Assembly (NCBI GenBank): GCA_009103225.1
Contig: RHPI01002262.1
Span: 412,317 to 476,316, forward strand
DNA: 64,000 nt
DNA from: Chlorokybus atmophyticus
Taxonomy: Eukaryota > Plantae > Mesostigma and Chlorokybus algae
Reading direction: 5' to 3'
The first letter of the stretch is position 1; every line of letters starts with the position of its first letter. The position numbers were made by a program, and so were the translations under genes. Positions 47,053-59,009 of this stretch are shown here, piece after piece. The notes under the pieces were generated by a model. It did not search any database, was not told the origin of the DNA, and saw only the letters and a list, made by a program, of their open reading frames with translations.

Positions 47053-47759
47053 CCGGCATTCACATTGATTGGTTCACAGGCGGTGCTCTGTTTGCAACAA
47101 AACTTTGCTCACCAAACTATTCTATGTGCCGTTGTGCTGCACATACACAGTCAAGTAAACAACGTCACACTGCTCTTCCTCGTCATGGTGATGATGATGA
47201 CGACGGTGATCATGACCATCATTATCACAACCATCAACATCAGATTAGATGAACACTCTCACCTGTCACTTCCAGCCCGTCGCCGCCGCCCCCTGAGAGA
47301 AGAATGCTCCAAAGTAGCAGCCGGCCTACGTCGCTGTGGTGCCGTTGCTGGCGAAGTCGTCGGCCAGGTCGGCAGGATGGCTGGCTGTGTGGCTCTGCGG
47401 CGGTGGCCGTGAAGCTAGGGTAAGCTGCAAAGCTGAATGCTGCTGTTACTAACAGCATCCTGTTAGACAGGCCACAACAAGCACGTTTGCGCGGTCTGCG
47501 CTGATGGCACAGATGAGGACTTGTGCATTGGGTCGGCTAACAACGGGGGCGGCGGGCGGGGGCGGGGGCGGGGGCTCTGTGCTTCTCAAGAGGGAGCATT
47601 GACATTGCTTGGTACACAATTACTACGTTGTTTTTAAAGACAATGGCGTGCATACGCCACCACCACCACTGGGTTTACATCTGGAGCATGCATGAAGTAA
47701 TTGTGTGGCTCGTGCAGTATAGACACTGAGTACACACCCTTGTCGCTGTTGCTAACAGC

Positions 47760-50700
47760 ACAGCAGAAGTAGTAGCCTACTACTACCACTGCTACAGCAG
47801 CCACACAGCCAGCCACCCTGCCAGCCCTTGCCGACCTCGCCAGCAACAACATTACAGAGACATAGGCCAGCAGCTTCTTGGAGCATTTTTCTATCAGGAG
47901 GCGGCGGGGGCGGGGGCGTTGGCTGCGGCGACTGGCTAGAGTGGGATGCTGGTCGTGGTGTCCGCATGCTGCTGCATGAGGCGGTGGTGACGATGGGCGG
48001 CGCTGCTAGGGTTGAAGATGACGAGGAGGAGGAGGACGAGGCGGGAGTGCCGGGCAGAAGTGACAGGTGAGAGAGGTTGGGTCTGGTGCTGGTCTGATGC
48101 TAGTGTTGGTGATGATGGACAGTACCACCGTCATCGTCATCACCAAGACGAGGAAGAGGAGTGCAATGTTAGCTGGTTTGATTGTACATGTGCAGCCCAA
48201 CAGCACACAGCGAAGCTTTTTTGCGAACAGAGCATTGCCTATTCACCACTCATTGTATTTGACTGCCCGTGTGTTTTGTGGATCACAGCTAAGGTGGACT
48301 CACATTGTTATAGCGGGAGACTGCCCAACAAAGCTTGTCCGATTGTGCAAGCGCGTTGATGGCCTGAGGTTGCATTTCTTCACTTCAATTGCTAATTGCT
48401 ATCGCAGCGAAAAACGCCTCAAGCAGTCAGGACTCTACCTGAAGGAGTCTATCTCCAGCTTAAAGCTCAGCAATTTGCGGTTGATGTTGATTTCCAAGTG
48501 CTTTGTGCCAACTCCGGTGACCACTGTACGCACAGCACTTGCAGTTGTTGTCTAGTAAGCACAACTCTAATTGCCAGCATAACTTTGCGCACAAAAGTTG
48601 TAGTGCTGATCTTCGTTGACACATTTGCTTGTCACAAAGACTCACATTGTAAGGAGGTGACAAACTTGATGGGTGCTGCAATGCCTGTATGGCCTTTGTT
48701 TTACCACCGTTCTTGCGCATGAATTCGTCGTGGAGTCGGATGTTGCATCAGCACTTGACAATGAACGGACTCACTTCAGCCGTAAGTAGCATGGGGTTCG
48801 TGAACACCACTGCGGCATGCGTGTGGGAGATTGCTGCGTTTGTAGTCGATACAACTTGGATTGCACATTGTATATAACTGCAGCATCAAAGTGAGCTTTG
48901 GGGTATACCAACTGTTGCTGGAACTGGTGTTACTAGCACAGTATACTAGCGTGGCAGCAGCATTCATTGTTGTAGGGCCTGTATACAGGGAAGTTTCAGT
49001 TTTGCTGTGAAGTAGTGCGAACTTGCACAGTTGCATCAACCCAGCTGCCTGAGTCACTCTCAACTGTTAGGGCCAAAAGTACTTGCTCACGAGCACATGC
49101 GCTCGTGTACACGGGTCTGTAGTTATACAAGCGATTATTAAGCCATACCTGCATGCGTTTACATTTGGCATACACTGCCGTCATTGACGCTGCTGCTCGT
49201 GCTTGTACAGGTGATTCCAGTTTGCTGCATGCATGCTTGCATGACTAACGGGGTGGTGGTGTAGTTGTTGGCCTAGATGTAGTAGTGTAGCCCGGTGGTT
49301 GAATGTATGTGAGAGTGTGCGCCTGCTGGTTGCTGTCTGCATGATGACATATGCATGACACGATGCATGAGCAAGCACGCCCCGCATTGTTTGTACATAC
49401 ACATTGTGGTTGCAACCCGAATCACGCAACGCAGGCATTGAAGATGGGACACAAAATGTTCTGTTTACATACATTGTTACAACAATATATGCACCGCAGG
49501 AACAAGTATCCAACAAACTAGTAGCTAGCGAGCAAAGGTTAGCAGCAAGCTAGCACAGGCCACACAGATTGCTCCGGTCTATCCACCTTATGGCATGTAC
49601 ATCACACAAAGGCTCCGTGTGACTTGTAGAAACGTTGTGTCTCTGATCAAAGAGGCCAACAACAAAACCCTATGCAGCGCTACTGAGCCCAGCCGTTGGC
49701 ATGGAAGCATCACAGCACTGTCCCACATCCAATGCCAATCTAACCTTGATAACCATTTGGGAAGGTGAGCGGGTAGTTGCGTTGGGCACGGTAGCAGTTG
49801 CCAAGGTCACCGGCACGGAAGCTGCCCACAGGCAACTTGCCGGTGCTGTTCAACATCGCTTGGATCTTCTCGAGCTTGCGTATGGGCAGACCCGTCGTGA
49901 TCGATAAGACGTCAAACGGAGTGCTGAAGAGAGAGTCTGAGGCGAGCTGTGTGGGCACAGTTTGGTATGTGTTAAATTCAAGCACACACAGGCATACACA
50001 ACACAGAAAGGTTGGTGGAATGTATGTTGCTAACTGACCAGTGTGCCAGGGTTCTGGCTGTTGAAGGTTGCAAGAACCAGCGCATCCTCCTCGCAGTTGA
50101 AGTTGGTCTCCATATGAAGCAGCCCGCGCGGGTTTATCGCCACATCTCCAGCGCGAAGCGTACTGGTCCTCAATGTCACTGCACAAACATGCAGTTGTTA
50201 ATCACCAACCACGTGTGTGCACCCACGCGCGCACAATTGGGAACGCGTTCAACTGTGCCTGGCTGGGCAGTGACTTACGGGAGGTGTCGATGAGCATGAC
50301 GGTGATCTGACCGCTGATGACATACAGCATCTCGGACGCACGAGGATGTGTGTGCGGCGAATTCTGACTGCATGCCTTGAATGTCAGGAGGCCGAGACTC
50401 TGCCCCTGGCCACTGCAATCAATCAACGCAGCAGTGAGTGCTTCACACAAGCATCGATTATCAGCACCAGGCCAGGGTCTGACACAGCATCCAACCATAA
50501 CGCCCGAACAGTGCATCATCATGATGGCATGCATGAGAGATGAAAGCGAAGTAACTGTATCATATCCAGTGACAGAAGAAGCTGCAGAACAAGCATCCAA
50601 GCCAGCGCGTACGTGAGTGCGGGGAAGTTGAGAGCATTCAGGCGCTGGACCATCCCGCCAGGGCTCACAGGGCCAGGGCTTGCAGGGAGGCCATTGAAGG

Positions 50701-51624
50701 TGGCGGCCACGGAGGCGTTGGGGTCGAAGAGGTCGTAGGTCGGGTCGGGATCCGCCGCATGGACGACACCACTCAGGGTGGCGCTAGTGGCAAGGAGGAA
50801 GGCGAGCAGCAGGACAAGCTTGGCCATGGCTGGCTGCTGGCTGAGTCTCTGGCTGGGCTGGGCTGCTGTTGTCTCAAACTAACCCAACACTACAGAAGAG
50901 ACCAAGCAAGAGCACACTGGCTGAAGCAGAGACCGACACAGAGTATAAATAGTACGCGTGGTTGTGCCTTACGCAGACATGGAGAGGTGACATCAGTAAT
51001 GTCAACAGTGCTCGTTGATGACGAAAGACTATGTGAGCAAGCGAAACTACGCAGCATTACCTTCTTGGTGTACTGCATGTCAGTCAGGCAGCCATAAGGT
51101 ATTGGAAAATCGTGTGGCCACTTGTGGCTGCCCAATGTTAGGCTGCCTGCCTGCCTGACTTAGGCAGCCATTGCTCTGTCAGCAAAACTCAATCGTATCA
51201 ACCTGGAGCAAGCCTGCTGCTGAGTATGTGCTGAGCAAGGGCACAACCTGACAGGAAAGCAGGTGGCACGTGCAGTTCTCTGCTGGCGTCAAGCCTGGGA
51301 CCCTTAGTCACTTGGCCCTGAAACCGGGCATTAGCAGCGACGCGCGTCATAAGTAGCGGCCAAAGCTCGCAGCCGGGCATCGCCGCAAGTGCTTGCCCAG
51401 CCATGATACTTTTCAAACGCATCGCACTGCTGACTAAGGTTTATCGGTCGCGGAAGCACGCGTTGACCGGTATGTGCGGCACAGCGTGACTGGTTTCATC
51501 ATACCAACGTGGGTCACTGCAGCTCAATAAGCCGGTCACGACGGTGTAAGCGCGGCGCTTACCACGCTTTGCTTGTTAAGCACTTATTTTATCACCTGTC
51601 AGCAGAGTCGACTCGGGTGCGCCG
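47760..51624 (-). repeat. Right inner arm of the inverted duplication
   Basis: Mirror of 43049-47450; 51540-51624 additionally matches 33620-33710 upstream of ANK-PGG. Confidence 0.88.
49740..50827 (-). CDS. Germin-like/spherulin-like cupin, copy B (exons 50827-50613, 50412-50279, 50178-50039, 49946-49740; 231 aa)
   Basis: Same intron positions and first three exon lengths (215/134/140) as copy A; SPHTHPRASEMLYVISG and GDVAINPRGLLHMETN intact. Confidence 0.93.
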
Positions 51625-51631
51625 TAGGGTA

Positions 51632-54600
51632 GGGTAAACTGCCTAAAGTTGGGGATGTTTTGGGGTTTTAAGGGTATAGCGCACGGGCTATTGGGATTTT
51701 GGCGGACATGTATATAAGTTAATTGAAGCTAAGAATATATGCTGTGCAACGCATACTTTTTCATGATTTATGGAGCCCTGTAGTGTCAGTTATCGCGCGC
51801 CAAAGTAGGGTGTGTGGCATCAAAAAGTGAAAAGTCGATTTGCCCGAACTTGGTGACTCGAGAAAGGCTGTCAGCAGCCTTTCTCGAGTCCTCAAGCACA
51901 GTCAGTGTGGGCAGCAGCCATTGCAAATCGGCTGCTGTCTGGCGCTACAGGCTGGGCTGCAGGTGGCTGACAGCCTTGATAGGTGGTGATGGCCAGGCCT
52001 TTCCAGCTGCAGCCGTTTGGCGCCGTCAAACGACGCAGCTGGCGCTAAAATGCCTTGCACAATTACATGCAAGGTTAGGCAGCAGGGAGGCGGCGACATA
52101 GCTCAGGGTGTAGGCAGCATGCATGAGGTGAGCAAGAGTGGGCGCTTGTATTGCATGCATGTCTATGTACAAGGTGTTGTGTGTTTGCTTGTTCCTAGCT
52201 ATCTATGCTTGGCTGGCCGTGTGGTTCTGGCGCCTCTTCAATCTCCATTTCTTGCCCGCCTCCTTGGCGAGGTGGTTGGGCTGGGGGGCGAGCTGGTGTC
52301 CTCGGCAGTCCCACAGAGAGTCTAGAGAGTTGCTGTAGGTCAAGGGGTCAGCAGTGTACTTGTTCAGCAGTTCTCCAGCCTCCCTTGCTGTGCGCTCCCT
52401 CTGCTCTCTCTCTCTGTCGAATACTTGTGCATGCTCAGCCTTCTCTCTCTCAGCTTCTGCCTGTGCCTCAGCCTTTGCCTGCCTGCGCTTCTCCTTCTCT
52501 CTCTCAGCCAGCATCTTGTTTAGGGCTCTTTCCTTATTCTTGGTTGCCAATTTCTCTGCCTTGTTGATTGCCTCCTGTGTTGCCTGCTTCTTCTTGTGTG
52601 CTGCTGCCTCCTTGCGTGCTTGCTTGGCTGCTGCCTGGTCTGCCTTCTCCTGGTCGATCCTCTCCAGTTTGTCTGCTATCTCTTGAGATGTGAGTAGCTC
52701 AGCTGGCTTGAATCCCTTCCTTCTCTTCGCTGGCTCCTGTGTGCTTGTGCCAGCCTCTTCGTTGTTGTCTTCATGCTTGTCCTCAGCCTCCTCTTGTATA
52801 GCTGTTAGCAGTGCAGACAGGCCAGGAGGGGGAGGGGCCTCTTTTTTGTCGGTGAAGTACTTGTCGCACACATGCAGGTCCAAAAACCATAACCCACACG
52901 CGCGGAAGCCGTTGATGATGTTGGGGGCAGAGAGACCAGCATGGTAAGGTGCCACCAGCATGCTCAAGAACTCCTTCCGGGAGAGGTCATACCCAGAGCG
53001 CTCATCGTTTCTCCTTCGATATTCTTTCCTGTAACACTCCTTGAAGGGGTGAAAACAGGAAACATCTAACACTTGCAGTCTGTGTGTAGTGTGAGGGGGG
53101 AGGATGAGGATGTGAAGGCCATGCTCTTGTGCGTATCATGCTCACATTGTATCTACTAACGTGCCCGTCCACCACCAGCAGGGCAGGGTTGAAAGGGCTG
53201 CAACCTCCTGGCATCCACTCTGCTAGCGTTCTAATCCACATCTCAAAGATCTCTGTTGTCATCCAGGCATTTTCCTGACAGTAGAACATGGCTCCTGGCA
53301 CGCTGAAGTTTTTATTGTCAACTGTCAACCTCTGCCCCTTGACAATCACCAACGGTGGGGCAGCCATTCCAGCACCGGTAACAGCACACATCATAGTGAT
53401 ATGTTCTCTGCTGCTAGTAGCTGCTATTTGAGCCCACTTGGCACCACTGTGCATCACAGGTGTGTATCAGTCTCTGCATGTAACATGCATAGCTCAACAT
53501 GCTAACATTGCTTACCACTCACAGATGATTCTCTTATTGTTGTTGGCAGTGTCTGGCTCGGTGCCAACTTCGTCCGCACTTATGATCCTCTCTAGCCCAA
53601 TCCCCAACTCGTCAACAGTTTCTGCTAGCAGGTGAAAGTATTGGTAGACTGCATCCCTCCTGAAGCTCACCCTCCTAGACTTGTCCAAGGGCTCTGCTTT
53701 CCTGCTGACCAGGTTCTGTCGTGCCTGAAAAAGTTTGCACCACTTGTAGCCAGGTACTCCCCCCTTTAACATCTGCTTCCTTGGATCACTGGCTAGCCTT
53801 TTGACAGCCTCCACACATATTTCTGACCAGGTAACTCCCCTCCCCCATTTGTTGCGTTGAATGACCCACTGTGCCAGGTCAGTTTCTTCCTCTTCTGTAA
53901 AGAGTGTAGGTGCACCAGTGCCTCTGCATTGCATATTCTTGTGTGAGAACCCTTGCATTATGCTGCCCAGAGGCACAGCTGCACAGTTGCACCCAACATG
54001 CTAACATGCTAACGGTTGTACACTTGCACAGGTGCACCAGAACTCACTTGTAGGCTGAGAGATCAGAGGCTGCACAGAAGCGTCTCATGGTGGTGTCCGG
54101 AATGCCCAAGTCTTTGCAAGCATCAGCAACGAACATACACCTCTTGTTGATGGAAGCCACAGCCAGCTGGATCTCCTCCATCTGGCCCTCGTAGGTTGTG
54201 TAGCTCCTTTTGTTTTTTCTGGCAGCAGGGGTTGTAGCCTTGACACGCTTGCCCTGCCAGCATGCATACATGTCAGAGGATGCAAAGGTGGTCTGAGTGC
54301 AAAGGCACAGTAATGACATGCGTGCTGCAAACAAGCAGCACCCCACCCTTGCGGATTTGCGTGGCATGCTTTATTATTAGTAGAGTAGCAGGATGTAGTT
54401 GAGTTTGAACTCCTTGCAGTGTTGTAATGAACGCGTCTCCCTCACTCAGTCTCCTAGCTGTGCATGCCCACCACACCTCACCTCTCCTTTGCAACTCACA
54501 CCAACACCTTCAATCTCAAAACCCACACAAATACTTAGCTAGAACTAGAAGCTTCTAGCACCTCACAACAACTAGCAATGCAACAAACACGGCACCCCCC

Positions 54601-55034
54601 AACTTGCAGCATTTACAGCAGCCACAATGGCCACCCCCACCACCATTTTAAGCGTAATAATACTTCTAAAAAGTGTGGCACACTAACTTCTGCACCCCCG
54701 CGCCAAAGTGCATGAAACTCTGTAAATAAGGTCTCCTAACCAATAGGAACCCAACAAAAAAACAATCACTCAGTTTCGATTTGCAAAAGTTACAACTGCA
54801 CAAGTACAGGAGAGGCTGACCCTCATTTGAATCCGCAAAAAAGCAAAATTTGAAATTCCATAACTGGCGCCATACTTGGCCGTTTGGGCACGTGTTTGGT
54901 TCGCTGCATAGGTCTATAGGACCCTAATCTACCCTCAAGATATGGCCGGGAAAGACCCATTGGTCCGCCAATTACAGGCCAAAAACGGCTTATCCCCATC
55001 TTAGGGTCGGTTCCCAACTCAGGACAATTTACCC
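51632..55034 (-). mobile_element. pogo-like DNA transposon P2, inner, 3403 bp
   Basis: Imperfect TIRs GGGTAAACTGCCTAAAGTTGGG and GGGTAAATTGTCCTGAGTTGGG; TA TSDs at 51630-51631 and 55035-55036. Confidence 0.85.
52203..54367 (-). pseudogene. P2 transposase (psq HTH, CENP-B HTH, DDE_1, long charged C-terminal tail); one frameshift near 53130
   Basis: GAPTLFTEEEE..L..W, GYKWCKLF, ISADEVG, REHITMMCAV..AG...PPLVI.KG, NAWMTTEIF, LLVVDGHVSR, then a 1-nt shift to ILPPHTTHRLQVLDVSCFHPFK. Confidence 0.9.
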
Positions 55035-55832
55035 TAATTGTTCCTAATTTCGGATTGAGCCCTAATTTCGGCGGTGGGTAGTTTTCACAGGTTATCTTCC
55101 AGCTCATGCATAGGATCGCGCTAGACAATTGCCAGCCCGTAGAGGGCGCCTAGGCCTACCCGCAGCGCAAGAAACCGCGCGATTTGGCCCAGTAATGCGC
55201 TGCTTACATAATTTTGAATGCGCCAATTATGGCGCCAATTTATAAATATGCATAGTTGATTGCTCAATTAGTTATAACTTTCTGCTCACTACTTTTTTCC
55301 TCATGCGGTCTTTTGCAATCGGTTATACACTACACAATACAACTTCTATCAAAGTTTCAGACTTATTGGTTCAGTTTTGAAAAAGTTGATATGCCACCCT
55401 TTTTAGGGTAATGCGTTGAGGTTTTGCACATGCTTGGGGGGTGATAGCTGGGCATCACCGTGTTGCTTGGGGGCGGGATTAGTGTTGTGGTAGTGTTCAA
55501 GGCATGCTAGGAGTGTGCGTGAGTATGCTTTAATGCTAGTGTTGGGTGTTGGTCTACGTGTGGGTGTGTGTGAGGGTGAGCACACGGGCAAGCATACAAG
55601 GACAAGGGAGCAAAGAGAGGCTGCATTGCCAATGCGTTCTGCTACACAGGTAATGCTAGCTTATTCTATTACTATCTATCACTAGTACTACCTACTGTTG
55701 TGGGCTCAGTTGGGCTTGGGTGAAGGCTTTCCCATGAGGGGGTGTAGTTGCAGTGTTGCAGCATTGCCCGTATTCATCCTTGCCCATGTGTTGCAACATT
55801 GCCCGTATTCATCTTTTCCCATGTGTTGCTAG

Positions 55833-58062
55833 GTGAGGCGCTCAGCAGCATCCAAGCGCGTCACCAACAAGAGCGTCCATTTGTTGGAGAAGGCAAGGGC
55901 GAGCAAGCACAAGAGGGGCCCCTACATCAGCAAGCAGCAGCGAACAGGCATATTACCAGAGGTGCTGAAGGCCCTCAACGCAGTTAAGGGGGGGTGCATG
56001 TCTCTGGCTGAAGCTGCACGTGAGTGTGGGCTCCCCACTTCCACCCTTTCAGACTACATGAAGGACCCTGCGTGCCTGCAAGAGTACAAGTAGTGCATGC
56101 TGCCGTCAGTAATTGTAATGCACATGCACTGCACCTGTTACATACACATGCACTGCATACACATACACAAGCAATGCATCTGTCACATACGTTACTTACC
56201 TTGTCTTCTTGCAGAGGTGCAGGTAGGCCCTGCGTGCTCACAACCACTGAGGAGAATGAGTTAATTGATGTTCTGACCACAGCAAACAACATGGGCCAGG
56301 CCATGACTGAGGCAGCAGTGCGTGTGTACGTTGCTTTGATGCTGGAGGGTGATGAGAGAAGGCACGCCTTCACCAATGGCATGCCTGGACGCAAGTGAAC
56401 ATTGGCATAAAGGCGCAGGCACAAACTCAGCAAGCGTATTGCTGAGCCTGTGGATGCTAGCAGGAGGACAAGCTTCAAGCGCTGGATTGTAAAGGATTAT
56501 TTCTAGCAAGTCAAGCGTGTGGTGGAGCATCTCAACTTGTGTTGTGTGATGAGGTGGGCATTGAACCGAAATCCTGTATGACGAACAGAACAGTGATTGT
56601 TAAGAGGTACGCAATGAATGTGGTGCATGCATGTGCAAGCATTGTAAATGCAAAGTGCCTTACACAAGTGTGCTGCAGCAATTCCAAGTTTGCTCAGCTT
56701 GCTACAGCAGGAGGGAGACAGCACATTACCGTCATGGCAGCAGTTACTGGAGCTGGTTAGGCCATCCCATGCACGGCCATACTAGCTGGTGCCCATGTGA
56801 GTGCTGAGTGGTATGATGCATGGTCATACCCGGGGGGAGATTGTCAATGCAGGAGAGAACGCTTGGATGACAACGGAGCTGTTCGAGACATGGATTTACC
56901 ACTTAGCTTTACACATGCCATGAGGGCTCAGTGTTGACAACCCTGCACTGCTCATATGTGACGGACATGTTAGCAGATACCACTTAAAGACCATAGACAA
57001 GTGCAAGTCCCTGGCCTGGAGGTGCTCGTCCTGCCACCTCACACAACACACCGTCTTCAAGTGTTAGACGTTGCATGCTTTGCAAGCATGAAGGCAAGAT
57101 ACAAGAAAGAGTATGAAGCTTGGATTCATGCAAATCAGCACGTGAGAGGCTTACCCAATAAAGCCTTCCTTGCCATGCTTGTGCCAAGCTTGCAAGCAGG
57201 CCTCAGCAGCACCAACAGCCTCTCGGGGTTCAAAGCATGTGGTAGCCTAATCGCATGTGCATGCATGCATGTTGCACCCTGTGTCCAGCATGCATGCATT
57301 CTACCAACAATGCTAACTTGTGCATGTGCACGTGCAGGAATCAGCCCCTTAGAACAACTGTGCCGTAGATAAATTCTTACCCCTAGAAGAGCCACAAGGA
57401 GCCTTGGACCGCCTGCTGGATGCCATGGAGGAGGGGGAGGGAGCAGCCCACATACATGTACCTGCACCCTCTGCATCTACACTCAATACTGAGACACCTC
57501 ATGCAACTCAGCTGCAAACCCCCCGACCAAGAAACGCAAAGTGAGAGTCAAGCCAAAGACAGCAGAATGGCTAACCCATGAAGATGTGCGCAATCGCCAA
57601 GCAGAGATAGAAGAAGACAGGAGACGAAAAGCAGCAGCGATTCAGCAAAGAAAGGCGTCAAGGATAGCAGAGAAGAGGCGCAAGCAAGTAGAGGCAACAC
57701 AACGGGCTGAACAGGCAGCAACAAAGAAGGCAGAAGCCGAAGCAAAAAGAGCAGCAGCAGCAACAGAAAAGGCGGCCAAGGCAGTTGAGCGTGAAGCTGC
57801 AAGAGCACGCAAGCAGCATGCAGAGGAAGAGCATGCAAGAGAACAAGAAGAAGGAAAACGCAAGGAAGAGGAGAGGAGAGCTAGGATTACCAGGGAGGCG
57901 ATAGAGCTGCTCGCCACGTGGAACTGGGACCTAGTCACCTGGGTCAGCGAGGCACATGAACCCTTTATGCAGTGGGCGGAGGACCACCTTCTCAACCTCA
58001 GCCGCCGCCGCTCTGATGTGCTGCAGTCTCACCAGCGCTGGCGTGCTCGCCGCCGCCACTAG
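55833..58062 (+). pseudogene. P1 transposase, multiple stops and deletions
   Basis: MSLAEAARECGLPTSTLSD (psq HTH), GRPCVLTTTEENEL, DEVG, RQHITVMAAV, ENAWMTTELF, LPPHTTHRLQVLDVACF; no DGH segment found; in-frame TGA/TAA/TAG. Confidence 0.85.
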
Positions 58063-59009
58063 CCTAGCTTAGCAGGAACACCTTGTACATAGTGCAATAA
58101 AACTACTTGCCTATTTTTGCATGCACACTGCTGCACACCTCCCCCCCAACCCCCCACATCACTCATGCCGCCGCCTGCTTGCCCCCGCCACCTATCACCT
58201 CACGCTAACGCCAATCACTGCCTGAGGCAGTGGTTGGCAGTGGTCGAAATTAGGCATCATGCCATTCTTGAGAACCCCTCACACACCCTCAGCTTTGCAG
58301 CGTCATAACTGACGCTACAGGTGTCCAAAAAATAAAAAAAATATATTGGGTCCATAGCTTATATTCTCTACTACAATACTCTCTGCCACATGTCCGCCAA
58401 AAAAAACAATAAATCAGCAAGTTATCATCCGTGGCGTCTTATTTGCACGAAATTAAGAACAATTACCCTAGTGCCAGGAAACATTCAGCTCTTGTTGCGA
58501 GTTGGCGAGTTGATTTTTCATGCAATTTTTCAGCCAAAGGCGTTGCAAGTATTCGACTAGACTTGACACTCATGGCCGTTTGTGGCCAATATGTGTGCTG
58601 ATAGGCCTCTGCGCGTTATATCGACTTTATCTCTGGGGGGCATTGTTCTAAACGTGTTACACGTTGTACAGACTTTGGACTAATTTTGGCTTGACGCCAT
58701 TGAAACTTTTTTACTGTCGGCTTCAAAGCATCAACAAATAGCCGAATGATCCCTGGCACTACGGTACTGATACATGTACATGTATGTAATCACAGAGCCA
58801 ATGTCTTGTAATTGTGGATTCTGGTTTTCAACTGTTGGCTTTTTAAACTTATCACATCGAACAATCCCTAGCACTACGTTATCAATACATGTACATGTAT
58901 GTTAGCATACAGCTACTGTATTTTTATCATGGTTGCATGATACACATACAATATGACATAAATACGAGTATTGCATGGGTGGTAAAACTTACGATTAAAT
59001 ACTGATGAA

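Larger units (their letters stand above)
43049..47450 (+). repeat. Left inner arm of a large inverted duplication
   Basis: Collinear reverse-complement similarity to about 47760-51600: promoter, germin gene, 3' flank 45290-45400 vs 49060-48900, 46690-46800 vs 48580-48460, 47140-47400 vs 48200-47790. Confidence 0.88.
51627..58468 (+). mobile_element. pogo/Fot1-like (Tc1-mariner superfamily) DNA transposon P1, outer, degenerate
   Basis: Left TIR reconstructed as GGGTA (51627-51631) + ATTGTTCCTAATTTCG (55037-55052). It matches the reverse complement of the right TIR CGAAATTAAGAACAATTACCC (58448-58468) at 20/21. TA TSDs at 51625-51626 and 58469-58470. Confidence 0.85.

Noticed and set aside
51625-51640. 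TAGGGTAGGGTA as an interstitial telomere repeat
   Set aside because: Fully explained by the nested pogo TIR/TSD junction.
57548-57995. Hydrophobic Leu/Cys-rich ORFs (also 52205-52947) as membrane proteins
   Set aside because: They are antisense to the Glu/Lys/Ala-rich tails of the pogo transposases.
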